Source: Saccostrea echinata
Lineage: Eukaryota
DNA length: 64,000 nucleotides
Direction: 5' to 3'
NCBI RefSeq assembly: GCF_033153115.1
Contig: NW_026889779.1
Span: 25,358,001-25,422,000, forward strand
Under the pieces are notes generated by a model that saw only the letters and a list, made by a program, of their open reading frames with translations, did not search any database and had not been told where the DNA came from. Shown here in pieces: positions 25,064 through 38,022 of the stretch; position 1 is the stretch's first letter; every line of letters begins with the position of its first letter. Position numbers and translations under genes: made by a program.

Positions 25064-25390
25064 ATGGCGTCGTCAAACGCATTGCCTGTGCACAGGGATG
25101 TTATAAAATACTCTGTTGAATATGGTATGTCCTCTTCAGAGGGGAAAAAGATATGGAAATGACATGAATAACATGCATGTACTAAAACGTTAGTAGAGCA
25201 ATTGTATATAGAAAAAATGATATAAAATTCAGAGATAGTTTTACCTCAGCGCCAAAAATTGGTAGACCAAAGATTGTAAAATTCAGAATATGAACATATA
25301 TTCGCTTCTTCCTAAGACAACCTTGCGAGGACTGAAATTTGAATCTGTTCAAGAAATTAGAAGGGCAGTGGTAAAGTTTTTAAAATGTGT
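25064..25390 (+). pseudogene. Degenerate, internally deleted mariner transposase remnant
   Basis: Fragments across frames: HRDVIKYSVEYGMS, NVSRAIVYR, KFRDSFTSAPKIGRPKIV (mariner HTH/GRP region) and LPKTTLRGLKFESVQEIRRAVVKFLK (mariner C-terminal segment); stops and frameshifts; catalytic core absent. Confidence 0.65.
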
Positions 25391-26797
25391 CAGGCCCGAA
25401 GGAAGCAATTTCAGTTGGGGGGGGGGGGGGGGCACAACCATACATTTTTATTTGGGGGCACTATCAGCTACCAATAATTCCTTGACACGCAAAAAAAAAA
25501 AAAAAAGGTCATCAGACGTTATTATTAAGGGGGCACTTGTAAGCCTTAGCTATGTCTTCTATATATCGGCAAAATTATTAATTGGGAACTGGGGGGGGGG
25601 GGGGGGGCACGCCCCCCCCCACCCACCCCGTGCCCCCGGTTCCTACGGCCATTTGTGTTTCGGTGTCACTTGTCATTAAGATTTGCAAAAAAAGGATTGC
25701 TTCAGATTCTATTTTCTGACGTTTCCCCCCCCCCCCCCCCCCCCGTAAATATGTGTCATAAAAATAATTTATGAAAAGTAAATGAAGTCGAATTGATCGA
25801 GGAGATGAAGAGAACATGCATGTGTAAACTACTCTAGCTACCTAAAAATTCATTTATATGTAACTATAAATCATAACATTTAACTGCACGAGACTCTGTA
25901 TGTATTACAGTAAAGAATTTCTTCCACAGCTTAGACATACTTAGTATTGTATCAGGACTAAAATTTAGTCAACTTTTGCCATATTTATAAATATAGATAT
26001 TTTTAAAAGTTTTTTTTTAAATATCTGTGCACCACTGATATTGATATTGACATGCTTTCTAGTAGTTATTTCAATACAATAAAGAATTTCTTTCACAATG
26101 TAAACATACAGGTATAACTTTTGTTATATTTATAAAAATTTTTTTTATATAATTCTTTGTTTTTGTTTTACACATTCTGTTATTTAATTCAACATATGTT
26201 TAAAAGAATATACAGAAGGTGTAGTTTTTATTATTTTAGAGAGAGAGAGAAAGAATTGGAGGAGGAGAAACAAAAAAGGTTACATGCATTCATAAATAAT
26301 ATATACATAGATATACATATATATCTGTAAAAAAAATTTAATTAAATATTTGTGCACCACTGATATTGATATGCTTTCTAGTATTTATTTCAATCAATGT
26401 AGTTTCCTCAATATTCATTCATTGAAAAGGTAGTTTTATGTTCGTTGGTAATGACAAATGAATAGAGGAGTATGTACCCGTTATAGTAACATCAACATTA
26501 CAATGCACATAAAAACAAAATGAAATAAATAAACCCCGGTGTGAAATATTCGCGAGTAAAAGAAGGTCGCGAAAGTCGCCTGCATTTTTCACATGCGAAT
26601 AAAAGTTATTTTACAGTTTCTGATTGCATGTGTGTAAATCCTTTTGTATGCCTGCTAATGTTATACTCTTTTTGAATTTTAATTACGCAGATGTGCTCAA
26701 TAATAATTTTACTCAAATATTTATCGTTTTGACGCAAAAAGCACATTTTTAAAAAATGATGTCACAATAATAGTTGTCCATCACAGTCAACTTAATT

Positions 26798-26807
26798 GTG
26801 ACGTCAC
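26798..26807. promoter_or_regulatory. Palindromic CRE (GTGACGTCAC) about 90 bp upstream of the TSSK start codon
   Basis: TGACGTCA at 26799-26806, with near-copies TGATGTCA (26757) and AACGTCA (26821). Confidence 0.55.
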
Positions 26808-26897
26808 AAATTTCATCATAAACGTCACAATGATACATCTCGGTAGTGAACCGTAGGCTTTCTTAGTTTTGCGTAATAATGTAACTACTCCAAAATA

Positions 26898-28195
26898 ATG
26901 GTAAATGAAGACGATAAAGAAGATAATGAATCCGTAGGGAATGATGGAAACGAGGATGCAGCCTCCACAACCACAACCAAAAGCAAGGCTGCAAAACGAT
27001 TTCAGGTGACGATTGTTATTGTAATTTTACATATGACCACCAATTAGGCATTCAAGAATTTTTACAAACAACTGATGACTAGTCAAATGCCGGAGAGGAA
27101 GAATGCAATTTACAGATTTAATGTTAGAAGAGCACAGTTAAAAAAAAAATATGCAAACATGCAAAAAGTCTCATCCAGTAGAATGCATCGTTAATATACT
27201 GTAAATATAGCAGACTTCGTCTACCCCCCCCCCCCCCCAACCTTCCAAATATCCATTTCCAATTTAAAAGTTTAATGTATTACTTATCTAAATACCTTTT
27301 CTATACTATATTGCAGGTTTTAGAAAGCCAGGGTTTCATTGTGGGGAAAACTCTCGGTCAGGGTTCTTACGCATGTGTCAGGTCTGCCTACGATGTAAAC
27401 AGAAAACACAAAGTTGCCGTTAAAATAATTTCTAAAAGAAAAGCTCCGAACGATTTCCTTCTTAAATTTTTGCCACGGGAAATTGAAGTGATAAAAATTC
27501 TTAAGCATCCTTGTCTCATTTCATTCTACCAAGTCATTGAAACAACCACACGCTTCTTTCTGATTATGGAGTTGGGACACATTGATCTCTTAGATTATAT
27601 CAGAAGCAAGAAGACGATTCCAGAGTCTCAGTGTGGACTTTGGTTTCGTCAGTTCCACGATGGGATGTTATACATGCACTCAAAAGGTGTGGTCCATCGC
27701 GATTTGAAATGCGAGAATGTTTTATTGGATAAGCATTTTCATCTTAAGGTCACTGACTTTGGATTTGCCAAAAAAATACAGAAAACTAAAAATGGTGATT
27801 TCAAACCAAGTGAAACATACTGCGGAAGCTATGCGTATGCACCGCCAGAGATTTTGAAGGGAACGCCATACGACCCTTTTTTCGCTGATGTGTGGAGTAT
27901 GGGAGTCGTTTTATTTACAATGCTCTACGGGAGGCTACCATTTGATGATTCCAATCATAAGAAACTCCTGAAACAGGTCCTACAGAAAGTCGTTTTTCCC
28001 GCCAAACCGGAAGTTTCCGAGGACTGCCGAATTCTCATCGTTAAAATGCTCTCCAAAATGCCAGAACGCGTGCCCTTATCAAACATTCAGTTCGACACTT
28101 GGTTTAAAAAGTACGCTCCAGTGGACGAAGAGAAATCGAAAGAGGCAGAGGATACTACAGAACAAACAACAACCGAGGAAAACCAAACGTCTTAA
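26898..28195 (+). CDS. Testis-specific serine/threonine kinase (TSSK family, TSSK4-like); exons 26898-27005 and 27317-28195, 328 aa
   Basis: LGQGSYA, VAVKII, KFLPREI, HRDLKCEN, DFGFAK, SETYCGSYAYAPPE, PYDP, DVWSMGV, LPFDDSN; acidic first exon joined in phase 0; AATAAA at 28281. Confidence 0.9.
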
Positions 28196-29663
28196 ATGTT
28201 TCAAACATCTATGTAGTATTTTGTTTTGCCAGATGTTCATTTGTATTTCAATATCTTTAGAGTGAGAAAGTAACTATGTTAATAAAATGTATGGATGTTA
28301 TTTCAAATCAATACTGCACAAATTATGGTACAGGGAGCTTTAATAAGTGTCTGAAAAAGGATTATATAGCTTCATTCAACTACCTGAAATTTAAATAAAA
28401 TTTTTACAAATAATGAAATAAAAAATTACACAACAAGAACTGATTCGTGATATTTTATTTACCATGCAAGCAAAGCGCTCCCAGGTTTTAATACCATCTT
28501 AACAAGTAAAATAGCCAACAATGATTGTTGATAGTGATTGTAAGACAAAGGATTTCACAAAATGATCATAAACTTAGACATTATTGAGTCTCCTAAAGCT
28601 TGGAGTACAGTAACAAAAATATAAATTCATATTATGCCAAAATGGAGACAAAAGTTTTTCTGTGACATTCATTGAATTTTCTGAAATTACAAATCTGAGT
28701 TTTGTTTTCTTCATAATTGTGTTAAACACTGCATGAAATTACCGGGTAAGTTAAAAAGGAAATATCATTTTTTTGTCTATTCTTAAAGTTAAAACAAATA
28801 ATAGTTACAAATACCACACACTTACTCTTGATAGTACTCATTCTTTCACTCCCCCAACCCCCTCCCACAAACATACCCTATCTCTCTCTATGAGAAAAAA
28901 ATTATGGGGATTTAGCACCTGTCTATATACACAGCTACATACATGTATTTGTGTCTGTACATTTATGACTTGATGAACTAACAAGTAGATTACATGTACA
29001 TGTGAGAATACTATTCACTCTGTAATCCCAAGTAAAGCATGACTGGCATATTTACAGGTTAAAATATTTACTTTCCTTCTGACATATGTACAATTTTATC
29101 AACAAGTGTTAATGTTTCATAAAAATGCAAACTATATACATGTATAATATTAATAACATGATACTTTTCAGTATTTTGCACTTATGGCACAGAAGCCACC
29201 ACCCACAATTAAATAAGTTGTTCATCTGATTAAAAAAGTATATACCACATAATTTATTCTGTTTTGTAGCATGAAATGTAAACAAAAATTAACAAACAAA
29301 ATAAAAACAATTGCAGTTATGAACAAAATCAACACAAAATTTGGCAGTCACAACAAAACAAACGTACATTTATAAATTGTAAAAGTAGTTAAATTCTTCT
29401 TGAAATAAGATGTATGTATATATATTGGATTTCAGGTAATCACATCAGATACAGGTTTTAGCTGACTTTTCAAATCTGACATTGAAGAAATGAAAGAGAG
29501 CAAATTACCAGTACCACAATGAGCATGTCTCTAAAATATTTAGAAAGTAAAGATACTGAAATATTTTATGGGAATAATTATGCCCATGTATAAAAACCAT
29601 CACAGACCACGAATGAATGACACAAGTGTAATTGGATTTCTGTTAGTATTTGGCATTGAGACA

Positions 29664-32600
29664 TTAATTAGCATTAACTGGAGCAGGAGGCTCTGGTATT
29701 AATGAGCTGAAGAAGGTTGACACAAAACTCCAGGCCACTGTCAAAGCCCCAGGGGGAGGGGGGTCTGCTGCCTCTGTAGTAGTCCTATCTGAGTGTGATG
29801 TATCACTCCCCTAAAAAATTCAACATTACAAAGCAAATGACAACATATCTGAGTGGTTTTTCTTAAATTATTCATGTTAAGTTTTAATTTAAATCATGCC
29901 TACCTCCCGCACTGGATTTTCATCAGCCCCTGGATCCCTAGGAATGTTTTCCGTTTGTTGTGGCTGTTCCTGTTCAGCCTCATTTTCATTCTCTTGTTCT
30001 CGATTTCTACGACGAACAGCAAACCATCCCGTCTGATATCTGAAGAAGACAGAAATCATGTGACAAAACTAAAACGCTCCCAGGAATGATGGCCTTTACA
30101 AAATACTGTAGTGAGAACTTTATTTTCACCTAATTAAATGTGAAGTGTGCCTGCAAAAACTACGTTCTCGTGTATATTTCTGTTATTTAAGATTATTTAA
30201 AACAATAACCAAACTTCATTAAAATTTTGTCTCGCTTATATATTCTGCAAATATAAGGTGTGGCAATAAATTTTGTGATCTACAGTATCCTCACTACTGT
30301 ATATCTACATCTGCCATAAATGTTCAGAACATAACTCAACACAACTATATATTGGTTTTAATATTCCAAAACTGGAACGGTGATTTTCTTAATGCAGTTA
30401 AATAAATATGTGTTTTCTGTAAACATATGTAGAGTAAATTTATATAAGAATATAGAAAAATAAATGATTGTAGCACAGCCTCTCAATCAGTGTTCTCTCT
30501 GCAACAAAAATAGATTCGTGACAGGTGGGACTGCCTTTGTCCGTCTTTATGTCTTCATGTACCTTTGATAAGATTTTTTTTATTATTTATGTGTTATTTT
30601 TCCAACAGATAGAGAGGCAAACAAGACAAAATCAAACTCTCCCTCATAAATGTTAAAAAATTTAATCAGTTACTTGAAAATGAAAGAATACTTACAGATA
30701 AACCAAAAAGAAAAAAGCAGCAACAGCCAGAAATCTGGTGAAGTTTGAGTAGAAATATACAATGCTGATAAGGACCATGAAACGACTGAATGTGTACACA
30801 TAATCTAGCCAGTCTCTGGGACCGAAAAACTCATCGTCATCATCATCTTCTAGGCCTCCTTGTGCATTCATCACCTGGTTAACATTGTCCTGTCTGGCAG
30901 CAGGGCCTTCCTGATTGTTTTGTTGGGGGGCCTCATTCTCTTGTTCTGTTAAAACTTGGGGTGTAACAGGTTGATATGTTCCTGTCTGATAGCTGCAAGT
31001 AATTTGTTAAATGTTAGAAATTTGTAAAAGCCAAGTTTTAAAAACTTGAAAAATTTTGACAGTCTTTTTGGTTTGCAAATCTCGCATTTTCAAGACCAAA
31101 TCAATGTTTGTTGGTCATAATTTTAAAAAAGAAAATGTCTTTTAAAAAGTAGATATTAATATGAACTAATGCAGTGCTGTCCTCTCCCTTTTTTTCATGC
31201 CCTAAACATGCTTTGGCTATTATTTTCACTTTCTGTGTAAGATTTCATGCCAGATTGTGCAAGTTGCCCAGGCCTCTCAAAATCTGCCACTACCCGGTAC
31301 TTTTAGCCCGCTGAAATCAGGATTGTACCAGGGTTCGACACTCGTTAAAATTTGGTCTCGCCATTTGGGCAACCTTGGTACTGATTTCAGGTCGCCCGAA
31401 TGAATTTCAGGTCGCCCGAACAAACTATCAAATGAAACAAAAATGTACAATGGTTTAAAATTTGTTAAGATAACAGAAGTTGTGCTCTTGTATTAAAAAA
31501 TGTTAACCAGACATTTTTGGAATGTCAAAAGCTGTCTTCCAGGATTTTATCAAACAAAGAAAACGAGCAACAAATATTATAAGCAGAATCAGAATGCTAA
31601 TTAGGCTTTAAAAGATTATGTTTGTTTCCTGTAATATTCCCAATAAATAAAGGGTTGGTAGGTCGGGATTTTTTTTTTTTTTTTTTTTGCTAATGTACAA
31701 CCTCACCTCACATATTGAAACAAAATAAAGTTTCTAGTTTAAAACATTCATTTTTTACTTACCATAAAGGCCTAAAAAAAAAATGGGGTCAAACATCCCT
31801 GGACTGAATTAACCAGGTGTGATGTTTACAGTGGACACCCAACATGGCTGTCTAGCAGCAGAAAGTTGTTGGGGGAAATTCTAGATGTTACAATAATGAT
31901 CATTACTCTTTATATTTATGGTATTTGTTGACTAGGTTGACATATTTTATATCTCAAATAAAACTTAATTTAATACTTCTGGTAAAAATTACATCAGCTG
32001 ATTGATCAAACACAGATTTGGCAGAAAGAAAAATCCACAAGGCTGCTATTTGAATGTTCGGTCGGGTTACAGGAAACAATGTTTTCAAGGCTCTATAAAG
32101 TTTATTTTAAAATATTAAACATCATTATTGAATATTCCCAACTCGTCCCAGGTCGTCATTTGGGCGAGCCAGACTGAAAATCAGGTCGTCAAAAATCATC
32201 CCGGGATGGAAATGACGAGGTGACGAGTGTGAATGTCGAACCCTGTTGTACCACCAAAAATATTCATGAGAGAAAAAATTTGATAACATTTATTTAAGAC
32301 TTTATCACACAGACTAGTCACATAGGCATATTTCATGAAGCGCGCTAGCGCATGTTGGGAAGCACTTGATGTAACGACTTTTTATAAAATCATAAATTAA
32401 TACATATCTGACGAGAAATGAAAAACAAACTGAAACGTTAAAACAATCATTTAGACTTAGTATTAACAAATTTTTAAACTTTTATTTATATCGTTTATGT
32501 ATATTTTCAGTAAGGAATTATTCTATCGCAACATTGAACTAAAAATATGTCCATAGGACATGAATGCCCTGCCGAGGGTATATAAGTAATGCAACATGAA

Positions 32601-35600
32601 AATTTGTATTAGTGTATGAAGTTTGATGAGAATATCTTGAAAAGTTCCTTTAAAATTGAAATTGAAATCTAAAAAGTTTGATATATACATGATAAATTCT
32701 CAACAAATTATGTATAAGTGCATAAACTTACATAAGTATATCTTAAATGGTTTCTTTAAAATTAAGCAAAATGCAAATCTAAGAAAAGTGAGGTCAAGGT
32801 CAAAGGAATGGTCAAGGTCAAAAAATGTTGATGCAGTTGAATAGCTTACATCAGTATGTATCAAAATATGAAGTTTGATAATACTGTATTGAATGGTATC
32901 TTTAAAATTGAGCTAAACACTTATTTAAGAAAAGTGAGGTCAAGGTCAAAGAAAATGTCAAGGTCAAAAAATATTGATGCAGTTGAAAAGCTCTCATCAT
33001 TATGTATCAGCATATGAAGTTTGATAAAAATATCTTGAATGATTTCATTAAAACTGAGCTAAACACTAATTTAAGAAAAGTGAGGTCAAGGTCAAAGGAA
33101 TGGTCAAGGTCAAAAAATGTTGATGCAGATGAATAGCTTACATCAGTATGTATCGTCATATGAAGTTTGATTACACTACCTTGAATGGTATCTTTAAAAC
33201 TGAGCTAAACACTAATTTAAGAAAAGTGAGGTCAAGGTCAAATGAAAGGTCAAGGACAAAAAATGTTGATGCAGTTGAATAGCTTACATCAGTATGTATC
33301 AACATATGAAGTTTGATTACACTACCTTGAATGGTATCTTTAAAATTGAGCTAAACACTAATTTCAGAAAAGTGAGGTCAAGGTCAAATGAAAGGTCAAG
33401 GTCAAAAATTGTTGATGCAGTTGCATAGTTCTCATCAATATCTATCAGGATATGAAGTTTGATAAAAATATCTTGGATAGTTTCTTTGAAACTGAGCTTT
33501 GAACAGAGCTAAACACAAAGTGTGACGGAAGGACAGACGGAAGACGGACATGACAAACACTATATGCTCTGGCCATATTCATGGCGGGGCATAAAAAATA
33601 ACGTTTTATTTCCCCTTGTGCACATTCCAACACAACTACAAACAGATCAACCTCTGCTGTGGCCGATAATAATTCAGATATCGGAAAATCTAATTTATAA
33701 TGAATGCAATTTTTTTGGTATCTAATGAACAATCTACTTACTATTGCATGTACTGTGTAGTCATTTGGTAATAGTAATTTTGCATCATCATCATGTACTG
33801 CTCTGGGGTGACAGCAAGACCAGGAGTATTGGGCATCATCATGTACTGTTCCGGGGTCACAGCATTAGGCGTCATTGTGGGAGGGGACTGCATGGGTGAT
33901 GTGTTGGAAGTGCTAATAACATTTAAAAAACAAGTTTTGAGTACAGGTATTTAATCTCTGCAAGAAACACACATTCGGAGAGTACTGCAAGTGGACATTT
34001 TTGGTTGAGTGAACTTCCTACTAGCAACTATGGATAAAGTAACTGTGGAATCCTTGAAGTGTAAAAATGAAAAAACTAATACAAATAAAACTGATATAAT
34101 CTTATCAACCAGACATTAGATACAGCAATTTATGGTTCAAAACAAAAAAAGTATTGCATTTGAGTATCATGTAACTACATTTGTGCAAAATATCAAATGC
34201 TAAAACTGTATGATAATCTTCATACTGCTAAATGATATATATGAACCACAGTATTTCCGAATAATGACCCTTGAAAATAATGTAATTATTCCAATTTAAT
34301 AAGAAAATAGATGCTTTCCAAATTGTTTAATTGCATATTTTGTCCTCACACAGAATCGATATTATCGATATATCATCCCAACCCTAATTTTTTAAATAGA
34401 AAAATATTATGATTCACATAGTGCATGGATTATCCAGGATTAGTCTGTAAAACAGATGTCCATGAATAAAATACAGTAATTTTTTTAAAGATTTTTCTTA
34501 TGATTATGTTATTACTTATGAATGTGGTATATGACGAGAAACCGTGAACAAAAATTCTTAGTGCATAATGCGCTCTATACTGAAGATCTGTAGTCCATAA
34601 CTGTTCACCCAACCGTAAATGTCCAATTGACAGTAAACAATCAATAGAAATCTCAAAATTATGACAGCACTGTTTAGAGCATAGTTTATCAAATTTAAAA
34701 TTTATACCAAGTAACGGGAGTTTAAACTGCAGGAATTTCCAGTACTAAAAGTTATTTATGAGTGACATTCATGAATATTTACAAACTCCTTTCATGAGAT
34801 AGTGTACATGTGAGAAAAACTTGCTCCTGTCTGTGAACATTATTTAATAAACAGCTGAATTTCTAATTTTTTCTTATACTTTAAACTTCCTTAATGTACA
34901 GATTCTCAAAAATATATTGATTACTTTTTCCTAAAATTTACATCAATACTGCATCTATCAATACATCAATGACATTTCTACTCTGCAAAATAATAAACAT
35001 CTAATTTTGAACAAAAGCAGTACATGCAAGACCCTTAATTAATTAACATTTTAAAAGAGAAAACAATAATGAACCTAAGGAATAACACAAATTCTCTATA
35101 CCTAGTAATGCTTGTTGGCTGGCTACCCTGACTATGATGTATTCGGTGACGTAGTCCTTCAGAGTTATGCGTGTTTCTTGATGTGTATGAGGAGGAAATG
35201 GTGCTGCTAACTGTTTTTTCCTTTATATGAAAGAGTATACATATATATATCAAAGTCGATAAAATTAATCAACTGGAAATTATTTTGTAAAATGAATTAT
35301 ATAAGTGTTAAAGTGAATCTTACATGAGGTTTAGGAGATTCATTATTAGAACTTTCCACGGATGGGGAGCAAACTAAATGTACTGTATGGTGAACTTTGT
35401 CTTCATTCTGCAAGAATAAAAATGCTTAAAGATATATATATCCACCTTCGTTATGAATAATATTCCTTTTACTGCAAAATATATATTAGGGATGGGAATC
35501 GCCAAAAATTTCGTAACGTGATATATCACGATTTTTTCTCCAAAATATCACGATAATATCGTGATATTTTTACACGGAATTTTTACTACAATATCTAATG

Positions 35601-37922
35601 AATTTCTATATTTTTTCTTACAAATAAGCTGTAAAAACATAACTTCACTTTTTTTTATTTTTATTTATATAATATAAAGCATGCTTAGATGCTGTAGTTT
35701 AACTTTTTTCAACATTTTTTAGACTTCCTGTAATTTTTATTTAATAGTTTAAAGAAATAGATGAATAATTTCCGGAATTTTTAATTATGTACCAAATACA
35801 GGTATTTTAGTCTCCGTATCACGATATGTATCACGCAATAAAAAATCACGATATACCGGTATACCAATAAAATTGCGCATCCCTAATATGCATATACTTG
35901 AAATAAAACAAGGGGATTGTTAATAAGGGTGAAACGATTACACATGTAAACGGCGAAGTTTCGATGAAATGCTCTAAACATTTACAGATAGAGTAAACGT
36001 TTACACGAAGGTCATTATCAATGTCTATCAGAAGTAAAGACAAATACAAACAAGTTGTTTTATTTCATATTTACCAAAGAAAGCAATTGTTTTCTGTTTT
36101 AATCGATATCGGAAACATGTTATTAAACAAAACTATTTAAAAACCGATACCGTCTATGATATATTTAATTTCGATTTTCGAGTAGCGAATACTAACGATG
36201 TATTATGATTTAATTTTATTTTTCCAAGTATAAAACTTGATTTACTTTGAATAAATTAATATCATATGTTTTCACCAGTCTTTGCAAAGTGTTTCCATAC
36301 AGTCAGCAGATCGCAGTATACTTAATTCAGGATTAAAAGATCCATCTTTGCAAGTTTAATTTGACAATGCTTATTCTAAGCCCGGTATGTAGCCAAACAA
36401 AACAGTAATGCAATATTGGGTGACGTCGTAGAAAGTGGATGAGTTTTATGCGCTTCATATTCTTTCGTCATAAAAACCAACAAATAAATAGTTATAACAA
36501 CTCATACTTACATTATAGTAAAAGAATAGAGTTCAGTGTATTAAATTAGTGTTTCATGAGTAAGTAACCATAAAAATTCAACACAAAATATTCTTCCATT
36601 TAAACGGTAACGTTTCGTTTACTGCTGGTCGTTTAAACGTTTCCAAAATTCAGTAAACATTTCACCCTTAATTGTTAACAATAAGGCTCACATTTCTCTC
36701 TCTAAAAGTGAATGTATTTTATTTTAACCATATACTAATTACTTTAATTATAGCACTTAATCTTCTGTACATTGATGCTTAATATTTTTTTTTTTCAAAT
36801 TAAGCCCTGTCACCACTTTTCTTAACAAAGCCAAATATTCACATGTAGTATGGTAAGTCTCTGTTAAGACCCCAGGTTGCCCCTAATTTTCACCATGCTG
36901 TTCTTAAAACAAGAGACCCATGGACCACAATGCTCACCTGAGTCAAATATGGCCCTGTTACTCTTCATCATCAGATTTTTTATCTATATATATATATGTT
37001 AAACTTTGTTTCCCTGTTGTGACCCCAGTCTACCCCTTGGTGTTATGATTTGAACAATTTTGAATCTGCACTACCTGAGGATGCTTTCATACAAATATGG
37101 TTTTGCTGTTCTTGAGAAGTTTTTTAAAGATTTGTTCCTATATATTCCTTTGTAAAATTTTTATCTCCCATTGTGGCCCCTCCCTACCCCTGTATGTCAT
37201 GATTCGAACTAACTTAAATCTACACTTCCTGAGGATGTTTCATATCAATATAACTATTCATGGCTGTGCTGTCCTTGAGAAGAAAATCTTCAAAGGTTTT
37301 TTCCTATATATTCCTATGTACAACATTGATCCCCCATTTTGGATACACCCTACCTCTGGGCATCATGATTTGAACAAACATGAATCTATACTACCTGAGG
37401 ATGCTTCCATATCAATATGACTAATCATGGCTTTCTTGTTCTTGAAAAGAACATTTTTAAAGATTGTTTCCTATATATTCCTATGTTATACTTTGATCCC
37501 CCACTGTGGTCCCATCCTACCATGAGGGGGCAAGATTTGAACAAATTTGAATCTACATTATGTAATGAAGGTTTCGTACAAGTTTCAACTTTTCTGGCCC
37601 ATGAATATAAACATGAATCTATACTACCTGAGGATGCTTCCATATCAATATGACTAATCATGGCTTTCTTGTTCTTGAAAAGAACATTTTTAAAGATTGT
37701 TTCCTATATATTCCTATGTTATGCTTTGATCCTCCACTGTGGCCCCATCCTACCATGGGGGGTCATGATTTGAACAAATTTCAATCTACATTATGTAATG
37801 AAGGTTTCATACAAGTTTCAACTTTTCTGGCCCACTGGTTCTTGAGAAGAAGATTTCTCAAAAATGCCACCAAGTACTCACCAATTCTAATTCTCGATTA
37901 TCTCCGCTTGAAAGACTGTATT

Positions 37923-37960
<38 letters not shown>

Positions 37961-37967
37961 AGATACT

Positions 37968-38022
<55 letters not shown>

